64,000 nucleotides of DNA from Candidatus Limnocylindria bacterium (GTDB lineage: Bacteria > Chloroflexota > Limnocylindria > P2-11E), in contig DATCNH010000081.1 of the NCBI GenBank assembly GCA_036565345.1, positions 2,118 through 66,117 on the forward strand, written 5' to 3'. Below the pieces are notes generated by a model. It saw only the letters and a program-made list of their open reading frames with translations. It was not told the DNA's origin and did no database searches. Positions 45,588 to 57,091 of this stretch are shown here, in pieces; positions within the stretch are counted from its first letter, which is position 1; each line of letters starts with the position of its first letter. Made by a program: the position numbers and the translations under genes.

Positions 45588-46331
45588 GTGACCCAAACAT
45601 CGGCGGAGCGCGACAAAGAGCTCTCGCTCATGCAGCACCTGGGCGAGCTGCGTGGCCGCCTCATGGTCGCGTCGTTCGCGGTCCTGGTGACGACCGCCTT
45701 CTCCTTCGTCTTCGCCACCCAGATCATCGAGATCCTGAAGGCGCCGTCGGGTGTCCAGCGCCTCGTCGCGCTCAGCCCGACCGAGAACTTCACCACCTAC
45801 ATGCGGGTGTCCCTGTTCAGCGGGCTTGCGCTCGCGATGCCGGTGCTGCTCTACGAGGTGTACGCCTACATCGATCCGGCACTGCGGCCGCATGAGCGCC
45901 GCTTCCTGCTCACCCTTGGCCCGTTCGCCCTGATCCTGTTCGTCGGGGGGATGGCGTTCTGCTACTTCGTGCTGCTCCCCAGCTCGATCAAGTTCCTCAT
46001 CAACTTCGGCAGCGCCGTGATCGAGAACCAGCTCCGCGCCTCGGAATACATCTCGTTCGTCACGACCTTCATCCTCGCGATGGGCCTGGTGTTCGAGATC
46101 CCGATCATCATCCTGGGGCTCACGAAGGTCGGGGTCCTGAAGCGTTCGTGGCTGGCGAAGCAGCGCCGGTATGTGTTCCTGCTCGTATTCGTCGTCGGCG
46201 CGATCATCACGCCAACGCCGGACCCGTTCAATCAGACGATCGTGGCCGTCCCGATGTATCTCCTCTTCGAGCTCGGTCTGCTGCTCGCGCGGCTTGGCGG
46301 CGGTCCCAAAGCGCCTCGGCCCGGCGCTTGA
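45588..46331 (+). CDS. tatC: twin-arginine translocase subunit TatC
   Basis: HL.ELR motif (MQHLGELRGRL), 6 TM helices and conserved P/E residues. GTG 45588 or ATG 45630 as start. Confidence 0.85.
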   Translation: MTQTSAERDKELSLMQHLGELRGRLMVASFAVLVTTAFSFVFATQIIEILKAPSGVQRLVALSPTENFTTYMRVSLFSGLALAMPVLLYEVYAYIDPALRPHERRFLLTLGPFALILFVGGMAFCYFVLLPSSIKFLINFGSAVIENQLRASEYISFVTTFILAMGLVFEIPIIILGLTKVGVLKRSWLAKQRRYVFLLVFVVGAIITPTPDPFNQTIVAVPMYLLFELGLLLARLGGGPKAPRPGA

Positions 46332-47679
46332 TCTCGGCCTCCGCGCCCATCGCCGTCGGCTCGTAGTAGCGGCGGCCGCCGAGCGGATCGGGGAGAAACG
46401 TCTCCTCGGGCGCGACATGGTCGGCCGCATCGTGCGCGTAGCGGTACCCCTTCCCATATCCGAGCCCGTGCATCAGGCCGGTGACCGCGTTGCGCAGGTG
46501 CAGCGGTACCGGGTCGGCGCGCGTGTCCTCGAGGTCGGCCATGACCCGGGCCTTCGCCGCCTTCACCGAGTCGGACTTCGGCGCGGTCGCCAGATACAGC
46601 GTGGCTTCCGCGAGCGGGTAGTAGCCCTCGGGCATCCCGATGAGGTGCACCGCCTGCTGGGCGGCCGACGCGAGCACGAGTGCCTGCGGATCGGCGAGGC
46701 CGACATCTTCCGCCGCGAGAATGACCAGGCGGCGTGCGATGAAGAGGGGATCCTCCCCCGCGTCGATCATCCGGAGGAGCCAGTAGAGCGACGCGTCCGG
46801 GTCGGAGCCGCGCACGCTCTTGATGAAGGCCGAGATCGTGTCGTAGTGCGCGTCGCCGGCGCGGTCATAGCTGAGCGATCGACGCTGCAGCGCTTCCTTC
46901 ACCGCGGCGAGGTCCACCTGCCTGGTGCCATCGGCGGCAGGCGTGGCCGCATCCGCGGCGAGCTCGAGCGCATTCAGCGCGACTCGCGCATCGCCGTTCG
47001 ACACGACGACGAGCGCGTCCAGGGCGTCTCGGTCGACCGACACCGCACCGCCCAATCCGCGCTCGGACGCGAGCGCCCGCTCCACGATCGCGCGGACCTC
47101 CGGCTCGCCGAGCGGCTGAAGCACGAAGACCCGCGTCCGCGAGAGCAGCGCGGAGATCACCTCGAACGACGGGTTCTCGGTCGTGGCTCCGATGAGGGTC
47201 ACGTCGCCGGCCTCGACATACGGGAGCACGGCGTCCTGCTGGGCCTTGTTGAAGCGGTGGATCTCGTCGATGAATACGACCGTCCGCTCGCCGGACACGC
47301 CGCGGGCGGCCTTGGCCTCCAGGATGACGCGGCGGAGGTCCGCGACGCCGGACGAGACCGCCGACAGGGCGACGAAGCGGGCCTTCGCACGGCGCGCGGC
47401 GATCGCGGCGAGGGTCGTCTTCCCGGTGCCCGGCGGACCCCAGAGGATCATCGACGGCACCTGACCGGCGTCGATGGCCTTCCGCAGGACCCGGCCGGCG
47501 CCGACGAGCTGCTCCTGACCGACGTACTCGTCGAGGTCGTGCGGCCGCATCCGCGCCGCGAGCGGCTGACCGGCGACCACCGCTGGGTCCTCGCTTCCGT
47601 CGCCGTCGGCACCGGTCAGGTCCGCAAAGAGCGGTGTCGTGTCCGGGCGCGCGGCCGGTCGCCGCGAGCGGTGGGGCAT
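46228..47679 (-). CDS. rarA: replication-associated recombination protein RarA/MgsA (AAA+)
   Basis: Walker A LWGPPGTGKTTLA, Walker B VVFIDEIHRFNK, sensor motifs, and a MgsA_C region. ATG at 47677-47679. Confidence 0.85.
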   Translation of the reverse strand: MPHRSRRPAARPDTTPLFADLTGADGDGSEDPAVVAGQPLAARMRPHDLDEYVGQEQLVGAGRVLRKAIDAGQVPSMILWGPPGTGKTTLAAIAARRAKARFVALSAVSSGVADLRRVILEAKAARGVSGERTVVFIDEIHRFNKAQQDAVLPYVEAGDVTLIGATTENPSFEVISALLSRTRVFVLQPLGEPEVRAIVERALASERGLGGAVSVDRDALDALVVVSNGDARVALNALELAADAATPAADGTRQVDLAAVKEALQRRSLSYDRAGDAHYDTISAFIKSVRGSDPDASLYWLLRMIDAGEDPLFIARRLVILAAEDVGLADPQALVLASAAQQAVHLIGMPEGYYPLAEATLYLATAPKSDSVKAAKARVMADLEDTRADPVPLHLRNAVTGLMHGLGYGKGYRYAHDAADHVAPEETFLPDPLGGRRYYEPTAMGAEAEIKRRAEALWDRRQAARAADRARRGDTSGRPRSSD

Positions 47680-47695
47680 GGCCGGAGTATCTGCC

Positions 47696-47736
47696 TTGAC
47701 AGGGACCGGTCGCGCGTCAGAATCATATAAAGATTC
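47696..47736 (+). promoter_or_regulatory. putative arsR promoter (TTGACA-17nt-CAGAAT) overlapped by the inverted repeat GAATC-N7-GATTC (candidate ArsR/SmtB operator)
   Basis: Perfect -35 hexamer at 47696-47701, a 17-nt spacer and a -10-like hexamer. The inverted repeat at 47720-47736 overlaps the -10. Lies in the AT-richer divergent region between rarA and arsR. Confidence 0.4.
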
Positions 47737-47782
47737 ATTTGCGGATCGCGGTACGGAGAATCCGGAGCAGGAGGCACGCCTG

Positions 47783-48085
47783 GTGACGCATGCGAGCATG
47801 GCCGATCTCCGGGCCTACTACCGGGCGCTCGGGGATGAGACCCGCCTGCGCATCGTCCAGATCCTCGCGACCGAGGGAGAGTGCTCACTGACCGATCTCG
47901 TCCTGCGGCTCCGGATCTCGCAGCCGCTGGTGTCGTGGCACATGCGCCGGCTGCGACGCGCGGGGATCATCACGACCGTCCGCAAGGGCCGCGAGGTCCG
48001 CTGCTCGTTCGATCGGGAGCGCTTCGGCCAGCTCCACGAGCGCGGCTATCGCATCCTTGTGAATCCGGCGACGAGCGAGCGATGA
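47783..48085 (+). CDS. ArsR/SmtB-family transcriptional regulator
   Basis: wHTH (ETRLRIVQILATEGECSLTDLVLRLRISQPLVSWHMRRLRRAGII). GTG 47783 with GGAGCAGGAGG 9 nt upstream; an alternative ATG lies at 47798. Confidence 0.75.
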   Translation: MTHASMADLRAYYRALGDETRLRIVQILATEGECSLTDLVLRLRISQPLVSWHMRRLRRAGIITTVRKGREVRCSFDRERFGQLHERGYRILVNPATSER

Positions 48086-48696
48086 GTCATGGCGTCCTGC
48101 CCAAGGAGATCGCCGCCGGGACTCGGCTCGGCCTCGCGCCGCTCGCACGCCGCCTGCACGCCCTTGGCGTCACCGCGAACGGAGTCACGATCGTCGGCCT
48201 CGCGTTCACCGTCGCCGGCTCGATCCTCCTCGCCTCGGAGCGACCGATCGCCGCGCTCGTCGTCCTGCTCGTCGGGACGCTGGCCGACACGCTCGATGGC
48301 CAGCTCGCGCGTGTCGCCGGGGGCGGGACGACGTTCGGCGCATTCCTTGACTCCACCCTCGACCGGGTATCCGACGCGGTGCTCGCAGCGGCGATCGCCT
48401 GGCTGGGCGCGGTCCGAGGCGACCAGCTCCTCTTCTGGGCGGCGATCATCGCCCTCATCAGCTCGTTCCTGGTGAGCTATGTCCGCGCCAAGGCTGAGTC
48501 GATGGGATTGAAGGCGGATGTCGGTCTCGCACCGCGCGAGGCTCGCCTGACGATCCTCCTCGTCGGCATCGGGGTCTGGGGCGTCTTCGATCTGTTCGGC
48601 GTGTTCGGCCTGGCGGTGATCATCGTCGCACTCCTGTCCACGGTGACCTGGCTCCAGCGCGTCGCCCATGTCGCGGCGCTGCTCAAAGCGAGATGA
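48082..48696 (+). CDS. CDP-alcohol phosphatidyltransferase (phosphatidylinositol-phosphate synthase-like)
   Basis: CDP-OH_P_transf motif DTLDGQLAR...G..LDS..DR..D within a 5-6 TM protein. ATG overlaps the arsR stop (ATGA). Confidence 0.8.
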   Translation: MSHGVLPKEIAAGTRLGLAPLARRLHALGVTANGVTIVGLAFTVAGSILLASERPIAALVVLLVGTLADTLDGQLARVAGGGTTFGAFLDSTLDRVSDAVLAAAIAWLGAVRGDQLLFWAAIIALISSFLVSYVRAKAESMGLKADVGLAPREARLTILLVGIGVWGVFDLFGVFGLAVIIVALLSTVTWLQRVAHVAALLKAR

Positions 48697-48770
48697 CGGC
48701 GGCCCGCGCGGCCGCAACTGCCCAAAAGGGCCAACGCGGCCAAGGCGGCCCGAAAAGGACGGTATCCGGT

Positions 48771-49970
48771 ATGGCAACGACCACGAAGGCCACGAAAACG
48801 GGAGCGCGCCGGACGCCGCTGCGATCCTCCGCACGAACGGCACCGGTCGCGCGCAGTCGGTCAACCAAGCGCACCCGGCCGATCCGAGTGGCGATCATCG
48901 GCGTGGGCAACTGCGCGAGCTCCCTCGTGCAGGGGGTCCATTACTACCGCAACGCCAAACCGCAGGACTCGGTTCCGGGGCTCATGCATGTCGAGCTCGG
49001 GGGCTATCACGTGCGGGACATCAAGTTCGTGGCGGCGATCGACGTCGACCGGAACAAGGTGGGCAAGGATCTCGCTGATGCGATCTACGCCGCGCCGAAC
49101 AACACCTACCGCTTCGCCGACGTCCCGAAGACCGGCGTGAAGGTCTCGCGCGGGATGACCCACGACGGGATCGGCAAGTACCTGTCCTCGGTCGTGAAAA
49201 AGGCCGACGGCCCCACCGACGACATCGTGCAGATCCTCCGGGACCGTAAGGTCGACGTCGTCGTGTCCTATCTTCCGGTCGGAAGCGAGGAGGCCACGAA
49301 GTGGTACGTCGAGCAGATCCTCGATGCCGGTTGCGCGTTCATCAACTGCGTTCCCGTGTTCATCGGACGCGAGCCGTACTGGCAGAAGCGGTTCGCCGCG
49401 AAGCGGCTGCCGATCATCGGCGATGACATCAAGTCGCAGGTCGGCGCGACCATCACCCACCGGGTGCTGACCCGACTGTTCATGGACCGGGGGGTCCGGC
49501 TCGATCGGACGTACCAGCTGAACTTCGGCGGGAACACCGACTTCTTGAACATGCTCGAGCGGGAGCGCCTCGAGTCCAAGAAGATCAGCAAGACGAACGC
49601 GGTCACGAGCATGCTCGACTACGAGATCGCGCCGGAGAACGTGCACGTCGGGCCATCGGACTACGTACCCTGGCTGCTCGACCGCAAGTGGTGCTACATC
49701 CGGATGGAGGGCACGACCTTCGGCGACGTGCCGCTCAACGCGGAGGTGAAGCTCGAGGTCTGGGATTCCCCGAACAGCGCCGGGGTGGTCATCGACGCGA
49801 TCCGCTGCTCCAAGCTGGCGCTGGACCGCGGCCTCGGCGGCACGGTCGTGGCGCCGGCCGCGTATTTCATGAAGTCGCCGCCACGGCAGATCCCGGATGA
49901 CCAGGCGCGGGAGCTGCTGGACGCGTACATCGCCGGCACGAGCTCAGACACGCTCACCGGTACTCCGTAA
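48771..49970 (+). CDS. ino1: myo-inositol-1-phosphate synthase (Ino1, bacterial/archaeal type)
   Basis: NAD-binding [16 protein letters not shown] plus the conserved core ([32 protein letters not shown]). Confidence 0.85.
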   Translation: MATTTKATKTGARRTPLRSSARTAPVARSRSTKRTRPIRVAIIGVGNCASSLVQGVHYYRNAKPQDSVPGLMHVELGGYHVRDIKFVAAIDVDRNKVGKDLADAIYAAPNNTYRFADVPKTGVKVSRGMTHDGIGKYLSSVVKKADGPTDDIVQILRDRKVDVVVSYLPVGSEEATKWYVEQILDAGCAFINCVPVFIGREPYWQKRFAAKRLPIIGDDIKSQVGATITHRVLTRLFMDRGVRLDRTYQLNFGGNTDFLNMLERERLESKKISKTNAVTSMLDYEIAPENVHVGPSDYVPWLLDRKWCYIRMEGTTFGDVPLNAEVKLEVWDSPNSAGVVIDAIRCSKLALDRGLGGTVVAPAAYFMKSPPRQIPDDQARELLDAYIAGTSSDTLTGTP

Positions 49971-49973
49971 CCG

Positions 49974-50879
49974 ATGCTCGGGAATATCGTCCACGGCCTC
50001 GGGTACTGGGGTTGGCGGATCACCGCGGCGGCCGCTCAGCGGCTGCCCTCCCGCCCGCTCTACGCCGTGGCGGTGCTCGGAGGCGAGCTCACCTACCTCG
50101 GATGGGCCGCCAAGCGCCGGATCGCCAAGCACAACTTCGCGATCGTGCTGGGCCGCCCGTTGGACGACCGCGAGGTCGCACGTGTCGCGCGGCGATCGTT
50201 CCGCAATTTCGCGAAGTACCTCGTCGAGATCATGCGGTTCCCCCGCCTCAGCGTGAGCGACTTCGAGCGGCTCGTGCGGATCGAAGGCTGGGAGCACCTC
50301 CGCGCGGCGATGGCGCACGAGAAGGGCCTGATCTTCGTCTCGATCCATTTCGGGAACTTCGAGCTCGGCGGCGCGCGCATCGCGGACGAGATCCCGCTCA
50401 ACGTGATCGCCGACGAGCTCGACAACGCCAGGCTGATGGACCTGCTGGTCGGCAACCGAGCGCACAAGAACATCACCCTCCTGTCGCCTGAAGGCGCGGC
50501 GAAGAAGGTCCTCCGGGCCCTTCGCCGGAACGAGATGGTGGGGTTGCTGATGGATCTCGGGCCGCGCGCGCACGAATTCGACAACGTCGAGGCGAGCTTC
50601 TTCGGCCGGCGGACGGTGTTCCCGGCGGTCGCCGCGAGCCTCGCCCGGGTGTCCGGCGCGCCGATCGTCGTGAGCGCCTGCGTGCGGGAGCGCAACAACA
50701 CCTTCACCGGCATCGCCCTCCCGCCGATCTTCGTCAAGCGGACGCAGCAGGCGGCGGCGGACATCGAGCTCGCGACGGGCCAGATCGCCGCAGGTCTGGA
50801 GAGCTTCGTCCGCCGCTGGCCGGACCAGTGGTACATCTTCCGGCCGATGTGGCCCCTGCCCGTGGCGGCGACGCCGTAG
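49974..50879 (+). CDS. LpxL/HtrB-family lipid acyltransferase (PatA-like)
   Basis: Lip_A_acyltrans family features (N-terminal hydrophobic anchor, HFGNFELGG block). Confidence 0.75.
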   Translation: MLGNIVHGLGYWGWRITAAAAQRLPSRPLYAVAVLGGELTYLGWAAKRRIAKHNFAIVLGRPLDDREVARVARRSFRNFAKYLVEIMRFPRLSVSDFERLVRIEGWEHLRAAMAHEKGLIFVSIHFGNFELGGARIADEIPLNVIADELDNARLMDLLVGNRAHKNITLLSPEGAAKKVLRALRRNEMVGLLMDLGPRAHEFDNVEASFFGRRTVFPAVAASLARVSGAPIVVSACVRERNNTFTGIALPPIFVKRTQQAAADIELATGQIAAGLESFVRRWPDQWYIFRPMWPLPVAATP

Positions 50880-51724
50880 CGGCGACGGCGGGGCTCGTCG
50901 CGTTCGCGTCCGAGCGCATCGCGCCGGCGCTCCCGGCCTGGTCGCACGGTCCGGTGGCCGTGCTGGGCGGCGAGATCGCCTACCGGGCGGCACCGGGCGC
51001 CCGGGAGGCCGTGCGCCGGAACCTCGGCGTCGTCTGTCCCGATCGGCGGGATCGCGAAACGCTCGTCCGCAGGACGTTCGTCGCCCAGGTGCGCCACTAC
51101 CTCGAGATCTTCCGGCTGGCCCGCCTCCGTCCGGATCAGCTTGCGCGCGAGGTCACGGTGACCGGGTGGGACGGGTTCGTCGCTGCGCATGCCCGAGGGA
51201 ATGGGGTGATCATCGCGAGCGCGCATCTTGGGCCGGTGTCGGTGTGTGGCCAGATCTTCGCCGCCGCAGGCTACCCGGTGACCCTGCCGATCGAGCGGGA
51301 ATCCGGGGCGCTCGCCCGAGCGGTGAATCGAGCGCGCAGGGCGATGGGCATCCGTTTCGTCGAGACCGAGTCGGCCCTCGGAGTCCATCGCGTGCTCCGC
51401 CGCGGCGAGATCCTCGCGATGCTCGCCGACCGCGCCGTGACCGGCGTCGGCGTCCGCCTCCCGTTCTTCGGCCGGGAGGCGCTCCTGCCTTCGGCTCACG
51501 TCGCGCTCGCCCTGCGCACGGGCGCCGCGCTCGTCCCGGCATTCGCTCGGCGCGATGGGCCTCGGCTGTTGGCCCAGATCCTTCCCGAGCTCGAGCTCCG
51601 ACGGAGCGGCGACCGGGATGCTGACGTACGCGCCGGCGTCGCGGCGTTCGCCAGGCTCCTGGAGGATCACGTCCGGCAGGCGCCCGAGCAGTGGTCGGTC
51701 TTCGAGCCGTTCTGGGAGCGGTGA
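50828..51724 (+). CDS. second LpxL/HtrB-family lipid acyltransferase (paralogue)
   Basis: Collinear with the preceding gene (SAHLGPVSVCG...). Start is GTG 50828 or 50849, overlapping the upstream gene's end. Confidence 0.7.
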   Translation: MVHLPADVAPARGGDAVAATAGLVAFASERIAPALPAWSHGPVAVLGGEIAYRAAPGAREAVRRNLGVVCPDRRDRETLVRRTFVAQVRHYLEIFRLARLRPDQLAREVTVTGWDGFVAAHARGNGVIIASAHLGPVSVCGQIFAAAGYPVTLPIERESGALARAVNRARRAMGIRFVETESALGVHRVLRRGEILAMLADRAVTGVGVRLPFFGREALLPSAHVALALRTGAALVPAFARRDGPRLLAQILPELELRRSGDRDADVRAGVAAFARLLEDHVRQAPEQWSVFEPFWER

Positions 51725-51730
51725 CCTACG

Positions 51731-52504
51731 GTGTCGGGAGTGAGTAGGACGACGTCCGATCCGGGCCGCGGTAGGGCCGATCTCCAGCTGCACTCCGACC
51801 TCGGAGACGGCCTCGCCTCACCGGCCGAGATCCTCGACACCGCGGAGCGGGTCGGCCTCGACGTCATCGCCCTCACCGACCACGACGACATCCGCGGCGC
51901 GTTCCAGCTCCGCGACGTCGCGGCGCGCCGGAAGAGCCCGGTCGAGATCGTCACCGGGATCGAGGTCACCACCCGGTCCGGGCACCTGCTGGCCCTCTTC
52001 GTGGAGACCGACATCCCGATGTTCCGTCCGCTCGCCGAGACCGTGCTGGCGATCCACCGCGCCGGCGGACTGGCGGTCGTTCCGCATCCGCTCTCCTATC
52101 TCACCTTCTCGGTCGGCGAGCGGGCGCTGCGCCAGCTCGCGTCGCTCGGCGATCCGGGCACGTTCATCGACGGCATCGAGCTCCGGAATCCCTCATACGC
52201 CGGACGCGTCCGTGACGGCCGCGCAGCCCGCCTGAACCGGCACGTGCTGCGGGTCGCCGAGACCGGATCGAGCGACGCCCATCACGGCCACCTCGTGGGC
52301 ACCGCGTGGACCGCGTACCCGGGACGGGACGCCGCCGCGCTGCGAGCCGCGATCACCGCACGGACGACGACCGCGCACGGCCGCGACTGGACGCTACGCG
52401 AACATCTCGACGGCGTCGCGACCCAGCAGTGGCGCTCGATGGTCCGCGATCCATACAAGCGCGCGCGGAGGCGGATCGGGCCGAAGCGCGCGAGGCGTCC
52501 ATGA
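51731..52504 (+). CDS. PHP-domain metal-dependent phosphoesterase
   Basis: Full PHP motif set: LHSDLGDG, DVIALTDHDDI, GIEV, AIHRAGGLAVVPHP, GIELRNP, GSSDAHH. Its stop overlaps the pimA-like start (ATGA). Confidence 0.75.
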   Translation: MSGVSRTTSDPGRGRADLQLHSDLGDGLASPAEILDTAERVGLDVIALTDHDDIRGAFQLRDVAARRKSPVEIVTGIEVTTRSGHLLALFVETDIPMFRPLAETVLAIHRAGGLAVVPHPLSYLTFSVGERALRQLASLGDPGTFIDGIELRNPSYAGRVRDGRAARLNRHVLRVAETGSSDAHHGHLVGTAWTAYPGRDAAALRAAITARTTTAHGRDWTLREHLDGVATQQWRSMVRDPYKRARRRIGPKRARRP

Positions 52505-53616
52505 AGATCGGCATCGTCAGCCCCTACGCCTATCCGCGCCCGGGGGGCGCGAACGCGCACATCCGCGAGACCTACGAGCGCCTTCGCGAGCTCGGCCACG
52601 ATGTCCGGATCGTCACCGCGCCATGGGGCGACGACCCGCCGGCGCAGGACGTCATCCAGATCGGGCAGGCGATCGCGGTCCCCTACAACGGCAGCGTCGG
52701 CCGGATCACGCTATCGGCACGTTTGGAGTTCCTGGTCACGAAGATCCTCGACCGCGAGCGGTTCGACATCATCCACCACCACGAGCCGCTGGTGCCGCTT
52801 CTCTCGGCACAGATCCTCGACCGCGCGACCTGCCCGCAGGTCGCGACGTTCCACGCGTTTGGCGGGTTCTCGTTCAGCTATTGGCTCGGCCGGCCGATCG
52901 GACGGCGCTACATGGGCAAGCTCGACGGACGGATCGCCGTCTCGAGCGCGGCCCGCCACTTCATCTCCCGCTACTTTCCGGGGGACTATCGGATCATCCC
53001 GAACGGGGTGGACGTCGACTTCTTCGCGAATGCCCGGCCGTTCCCGGAGTACCGCGACGGGAAGACGAACATCCTCTTCGTTGGTCGACTCGAGCCGCGC
53101 AAGGGCGCGATGCATCTCCTCCGCGCCTACGCCCAGCTGAAGCCGCGATGCCCGCAGACGCGGCTCATCATCGCCGGCCGGGGGCCCGAGCTCGGGGAGC
53201 TCCGGCGCTTCGTGCACCGGACCGGCCTCGCGGACGTGCTCTTCGCCGGCCGGGTCGACGATATCGACAAGGCCCGCTTCTATAAGACCGCCGACGTGTT
53301 CTCCGCGCCGAGTACGGGCCAGGAATCGTTCGGCATCGTCCTGCTGGAAGCAATGGCCGCCGGGACCCCGGTGGTCGCCAGCGACATCCATGGCTATAAA
53401 AAGGTCGTCCAGCGCAACGTCAGCGGCATCCTCGTCGAGCCCAAGGACCCCGCGGCGATCGCTGCGGCGATCGAGCGCCTGATCGCCGAGCCGGAGCTGC
53501 GGGCGCGGCTCGGCAGCGCCGCCGCGGCGCGCGCCCACGAATTCGACTGGAAGCACGTGACCGAGCAGCTCGTGTCGTTCTACGAGGAGGTCATCGATGC
53601 GCGCGCCCGCGCTTGA
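52501..53616 (+). CDS. pimA: GT4 glycosyltransferase, PimA-like (phosphatidylinositol mannosyltransferase-type)
   Basis: MKIGIVSPYAYPRPGGANAHI... N-terminus typical of PimA/MshA-type GT4, and a C-terminal E-x7-E region (FSAPSTGQESFGIVLLEAMAAGTPVVASDI). Confidence 0.75.
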   Translation: MKIGIVSPYAYPRPGGANAHIRETYERLRELGHDVRIVTAPWGDDPPAQDVIQIGQAIAVPYNGSVGRITLSARLEFLVTKILDRERFDIIHHHEPLVPLLSAQILDRATCPQVATFHAFGGFSFSYWLGRPIGRRYMGKLDGRIAVSSAARHFISRYFPGDYRIIPNGVDVDFFANARPFPEYRDGKTNILFVGRLEPRKGAMHLLRAYAQLKPRCPQTRLIIAGRGPELGELRRFVHRTGLADVLFAGRVDDIDKARFYKTADVFSAPSTGQESFGIVLLEAMAAGTPVVASDIHGYKKVVQRNVSGILVEPKDPAAIAAAIERLIAEPELRARLGSAAAARAHEFDWKHVTEQLVSFYEEVIDARARA

Positions 53617-54796
53617 CGGCATCCGGGTGCTCGAGCTCGGGAACTTCATGGCCGGCCCGTACGCCGGAACCCTCCTCGCCGATATGGGCGCCGACGTCGT
53701 CAAGGTCGAACCGCCCGACGGCGGGGACCACAGCCGGGCGCTTGGACCATTCCCCGCGCCGGGCGCCGATGGCGCGGGGTTCCTGCGCCTGAACCGGAAC
53801 AAGCGCGGGATCGCCCTCGACCTCAAGGCTCCGGGGGGAGCCGCGGCGTTCCGTGCGCTCGCGAAGGGGGCGGACGTCATCATCGAGAACTTCCGGGCGG
53901 GAACGATGGACGGCCTCGGGCTCGGCTACGCGAGCCTCGCCGCGGACCACCCTGGCCTGATCTACCTCGCGATCACCGGCTTTGGCCGGACCGGCCCGTA
54001 CCGCGACCGGGCCGGCCTCGACCTCATCCTCCAGGCCGAGAGCGGCCTCATGAGCGTGACCGGCGAGCCGGATGGTCGGCCGGTGAAGATCGGGGTCCCC
54101 GCGGTCGACCTCGCCTCCGCGCTCTACGGCGCGTACGCGGTGCTCTCCGCGCTCATCGCCCGCGGGAACGACGGTCAGGGACAGCTCATCGATCTCTCGC
54201 TCATCGAGAGCGGGGTCTCGCTCGCGATCTGGGAGTCGGGGGTATATCTCACGACCGGCGAGATCCCGGCGCGGCTTGGCTCGGCCCACCGGGTCATCGC
54301 GCCGTACCAGGCGTTCCGGACCGAGGACGGCCACGTGGTCCTCGGGGCGACGACCCCGGCGGCATGGCAGGCGCTCCGCGGGCTCGTCGGGACGGATCGG
54401 CTGCCGGACGACGACCCGCGCTGGCGAGATCCGACCAGCCGGCACCGACACGCGGCCGAGCTTGCCGCCATCATCGAGGGTGTGACGACGACGCGGACGA
54501 CGGAGGCCTGGATCGCCGATCTCGAGGCGGCGCGGATCCCCTGCGGCCGGCTGAACGACTACGCGCAGGTCTTCGCCGATCCGCACCTCCAGGCGCGCGG
54601 GCTCTTCGTCGACCTCCCGCATCCCACCCTCGGGTCGGTGCGCGCGATCGGCTCGCCGGTCCATCTGAGCGGCACCCCGCCGATCATGCGTAGCGCGGCG
54701 CCCGGCTTGGGCGAGCACACCCGCGCGGTGCTCGCCGAGGCGGGCCTCGCCACCGAGACGATCGACACCCTGTTCGCCAGCGGAGCGGCCCGGTGA
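53597..54796 (+). CDS. CoA transferase family III (CaiB/BaiF)
   Basis: IRVLELGNFMAGPYAGTLLADMGADV..., the catalytic Asp context, and GAMD-like regions. RBS GAGGAGG. Confidence 0.85.
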   Translation: MRAPALDGIRVLELGNFMAGPYAGTLLADMGADVVKVEPPDGGDHSRALGPFPAPGADGAGFLRLNRNKRGIALDLKAPGGAAAFRALAKGADVIIENFRAGTMDGLGLGYASLAADHPGLIYLAITGFGRTGPYRDRAGLDLILQAESGLMSVTGEPDGRPVKIGVPAVDLASALYGAYAVLSALIARGNDGQGQLIDLSLIESGVSLAIWESGVYLTTGEIPARLGSAHRVIAPYQAFRTEDGHVVLGATTPAAWQALRGLVGTDRLPDDDPRWRDPTSRHRHAAELAAIIEGVTTTRTTEAWIADLEAARIPCGRLNDYAQVFADPHLQARGLFVDLPHPTLGSVRAIGSPVHLSGTPPIMRSAAPGLGEHTRAVLAEAGLATETIDTLFASGAAR

Positions 54797-55581
54797 CCCC
54801 GGGACCCGAGATCGTCCGCGAGCAGCGGGGCGAGGTCGCCTGGGTGACGTTCGACCGCCCGGAGGCCCGCAACGCCTTCACCTACGACATGTACACCCGC
54901 CTCACCGCGCTCTGCCTGGAGCTCGCGGCCGATGCTGCGACCCGCGTCGTGGTGTTCCAGGGCCGGGGAGACGAGGCATTCGTATCGGGGAGCGACATCC
55001 GGCGGGTGGGCGAGATCCGGACCCGCGACGACGCGATCTCCTACGAGCAGCACATCGAACGCGCGATCGGCGGCGTGGAGCGCATCCCGAAGCCGACGAT
55101 CGCGCTCATCCGCGGCGTCGCGACCGGCGGTGGTGCGGCGATCGCGCTCGCCTGCGACCTGCGGGTCGCCGCGGAGAACGCACGGTTCGGCGTTCCGATC
55201 GCCCGCACGATCGGGAACACGATGTCGCTCCGGAATCTCGCCCGGATGATCGAGGTGGTGGGTCCCGCGCTCACGAAGGACCTGCTCTTCACCGCGCGCC
55301 TGGCGACCGCCGACGAGGCCCGGCGCGCAGGCGCGTTCAGCGAGGTCGTGCCGCTCGCGTCGATCGAGGCACGGGTGGCCGCGCTCGCGGCGCAGATCGC
55401 GGGGAACGCCCCGCTCACCGTTCGTGCGACGAAGCTCGGCGTCCTGCGGATCATCGAAGCCGCGCGGGAGCGGATCGGCGCCGGAGAGGACATCGTCGAG
55501 CTCGCGTACACCTCCGCGGACTTCCAGGAGGGCGTGGCCGCGTTCCTGGAGAAGCGCCGGCCGGAGTGGACCGGCCGCTAG
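54793..55581 (+). CDS. enoyl-CoA hydratase/isomerase (crotonase fold)
   Basis: Oxyanion-hole motifs (VFQGRGDEAFVSGSDI, ALIRGVATGGGAAIALACDLR). Confidence 0.85.
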   Translation: MTPGPEIVREQRGEVAWVTFDRPEARNAFTYDMYTRLTALCLELAADAATRVVVFQGRGDEAFVSGSDIRRVGEIRTRDDAISYEQHIERAIGGVERIPKPTIALIRGVATGGGAAIALACDLRVAAENARFGVPIARTIGNTMSLRNLARMIEVVGPALTKDLLFTARLATADEARRAGAFSEVVPLASIEARVAALAAQIAGNAPLTVRATKLGVLRIIEAARERIGAGEDIVELAYTSADFQEGVAAFLEKRRPEWTGR

Positions 55582-55621
55582 GATCCAGGCGGACCGGGCG
55601 CCGGACGCGAGGACCGGACCG

Positions 55622-57080
<1,459 letters not shown>

Positions 57081-57091
<11 letters not shown>

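Noticed and set aside
44805-46457. 550-aa minus-strand ORF across tRNA-Arg and tatC
   Set aside because: It runs through the tRNA gene, is antisense to tatC, and is Arg/Asp/Glu-rich low complexity.
46171-47730. 519-aa plus-strand ORF
   Set aside because: Antisense to rarA, low-complexity, with no motifs.
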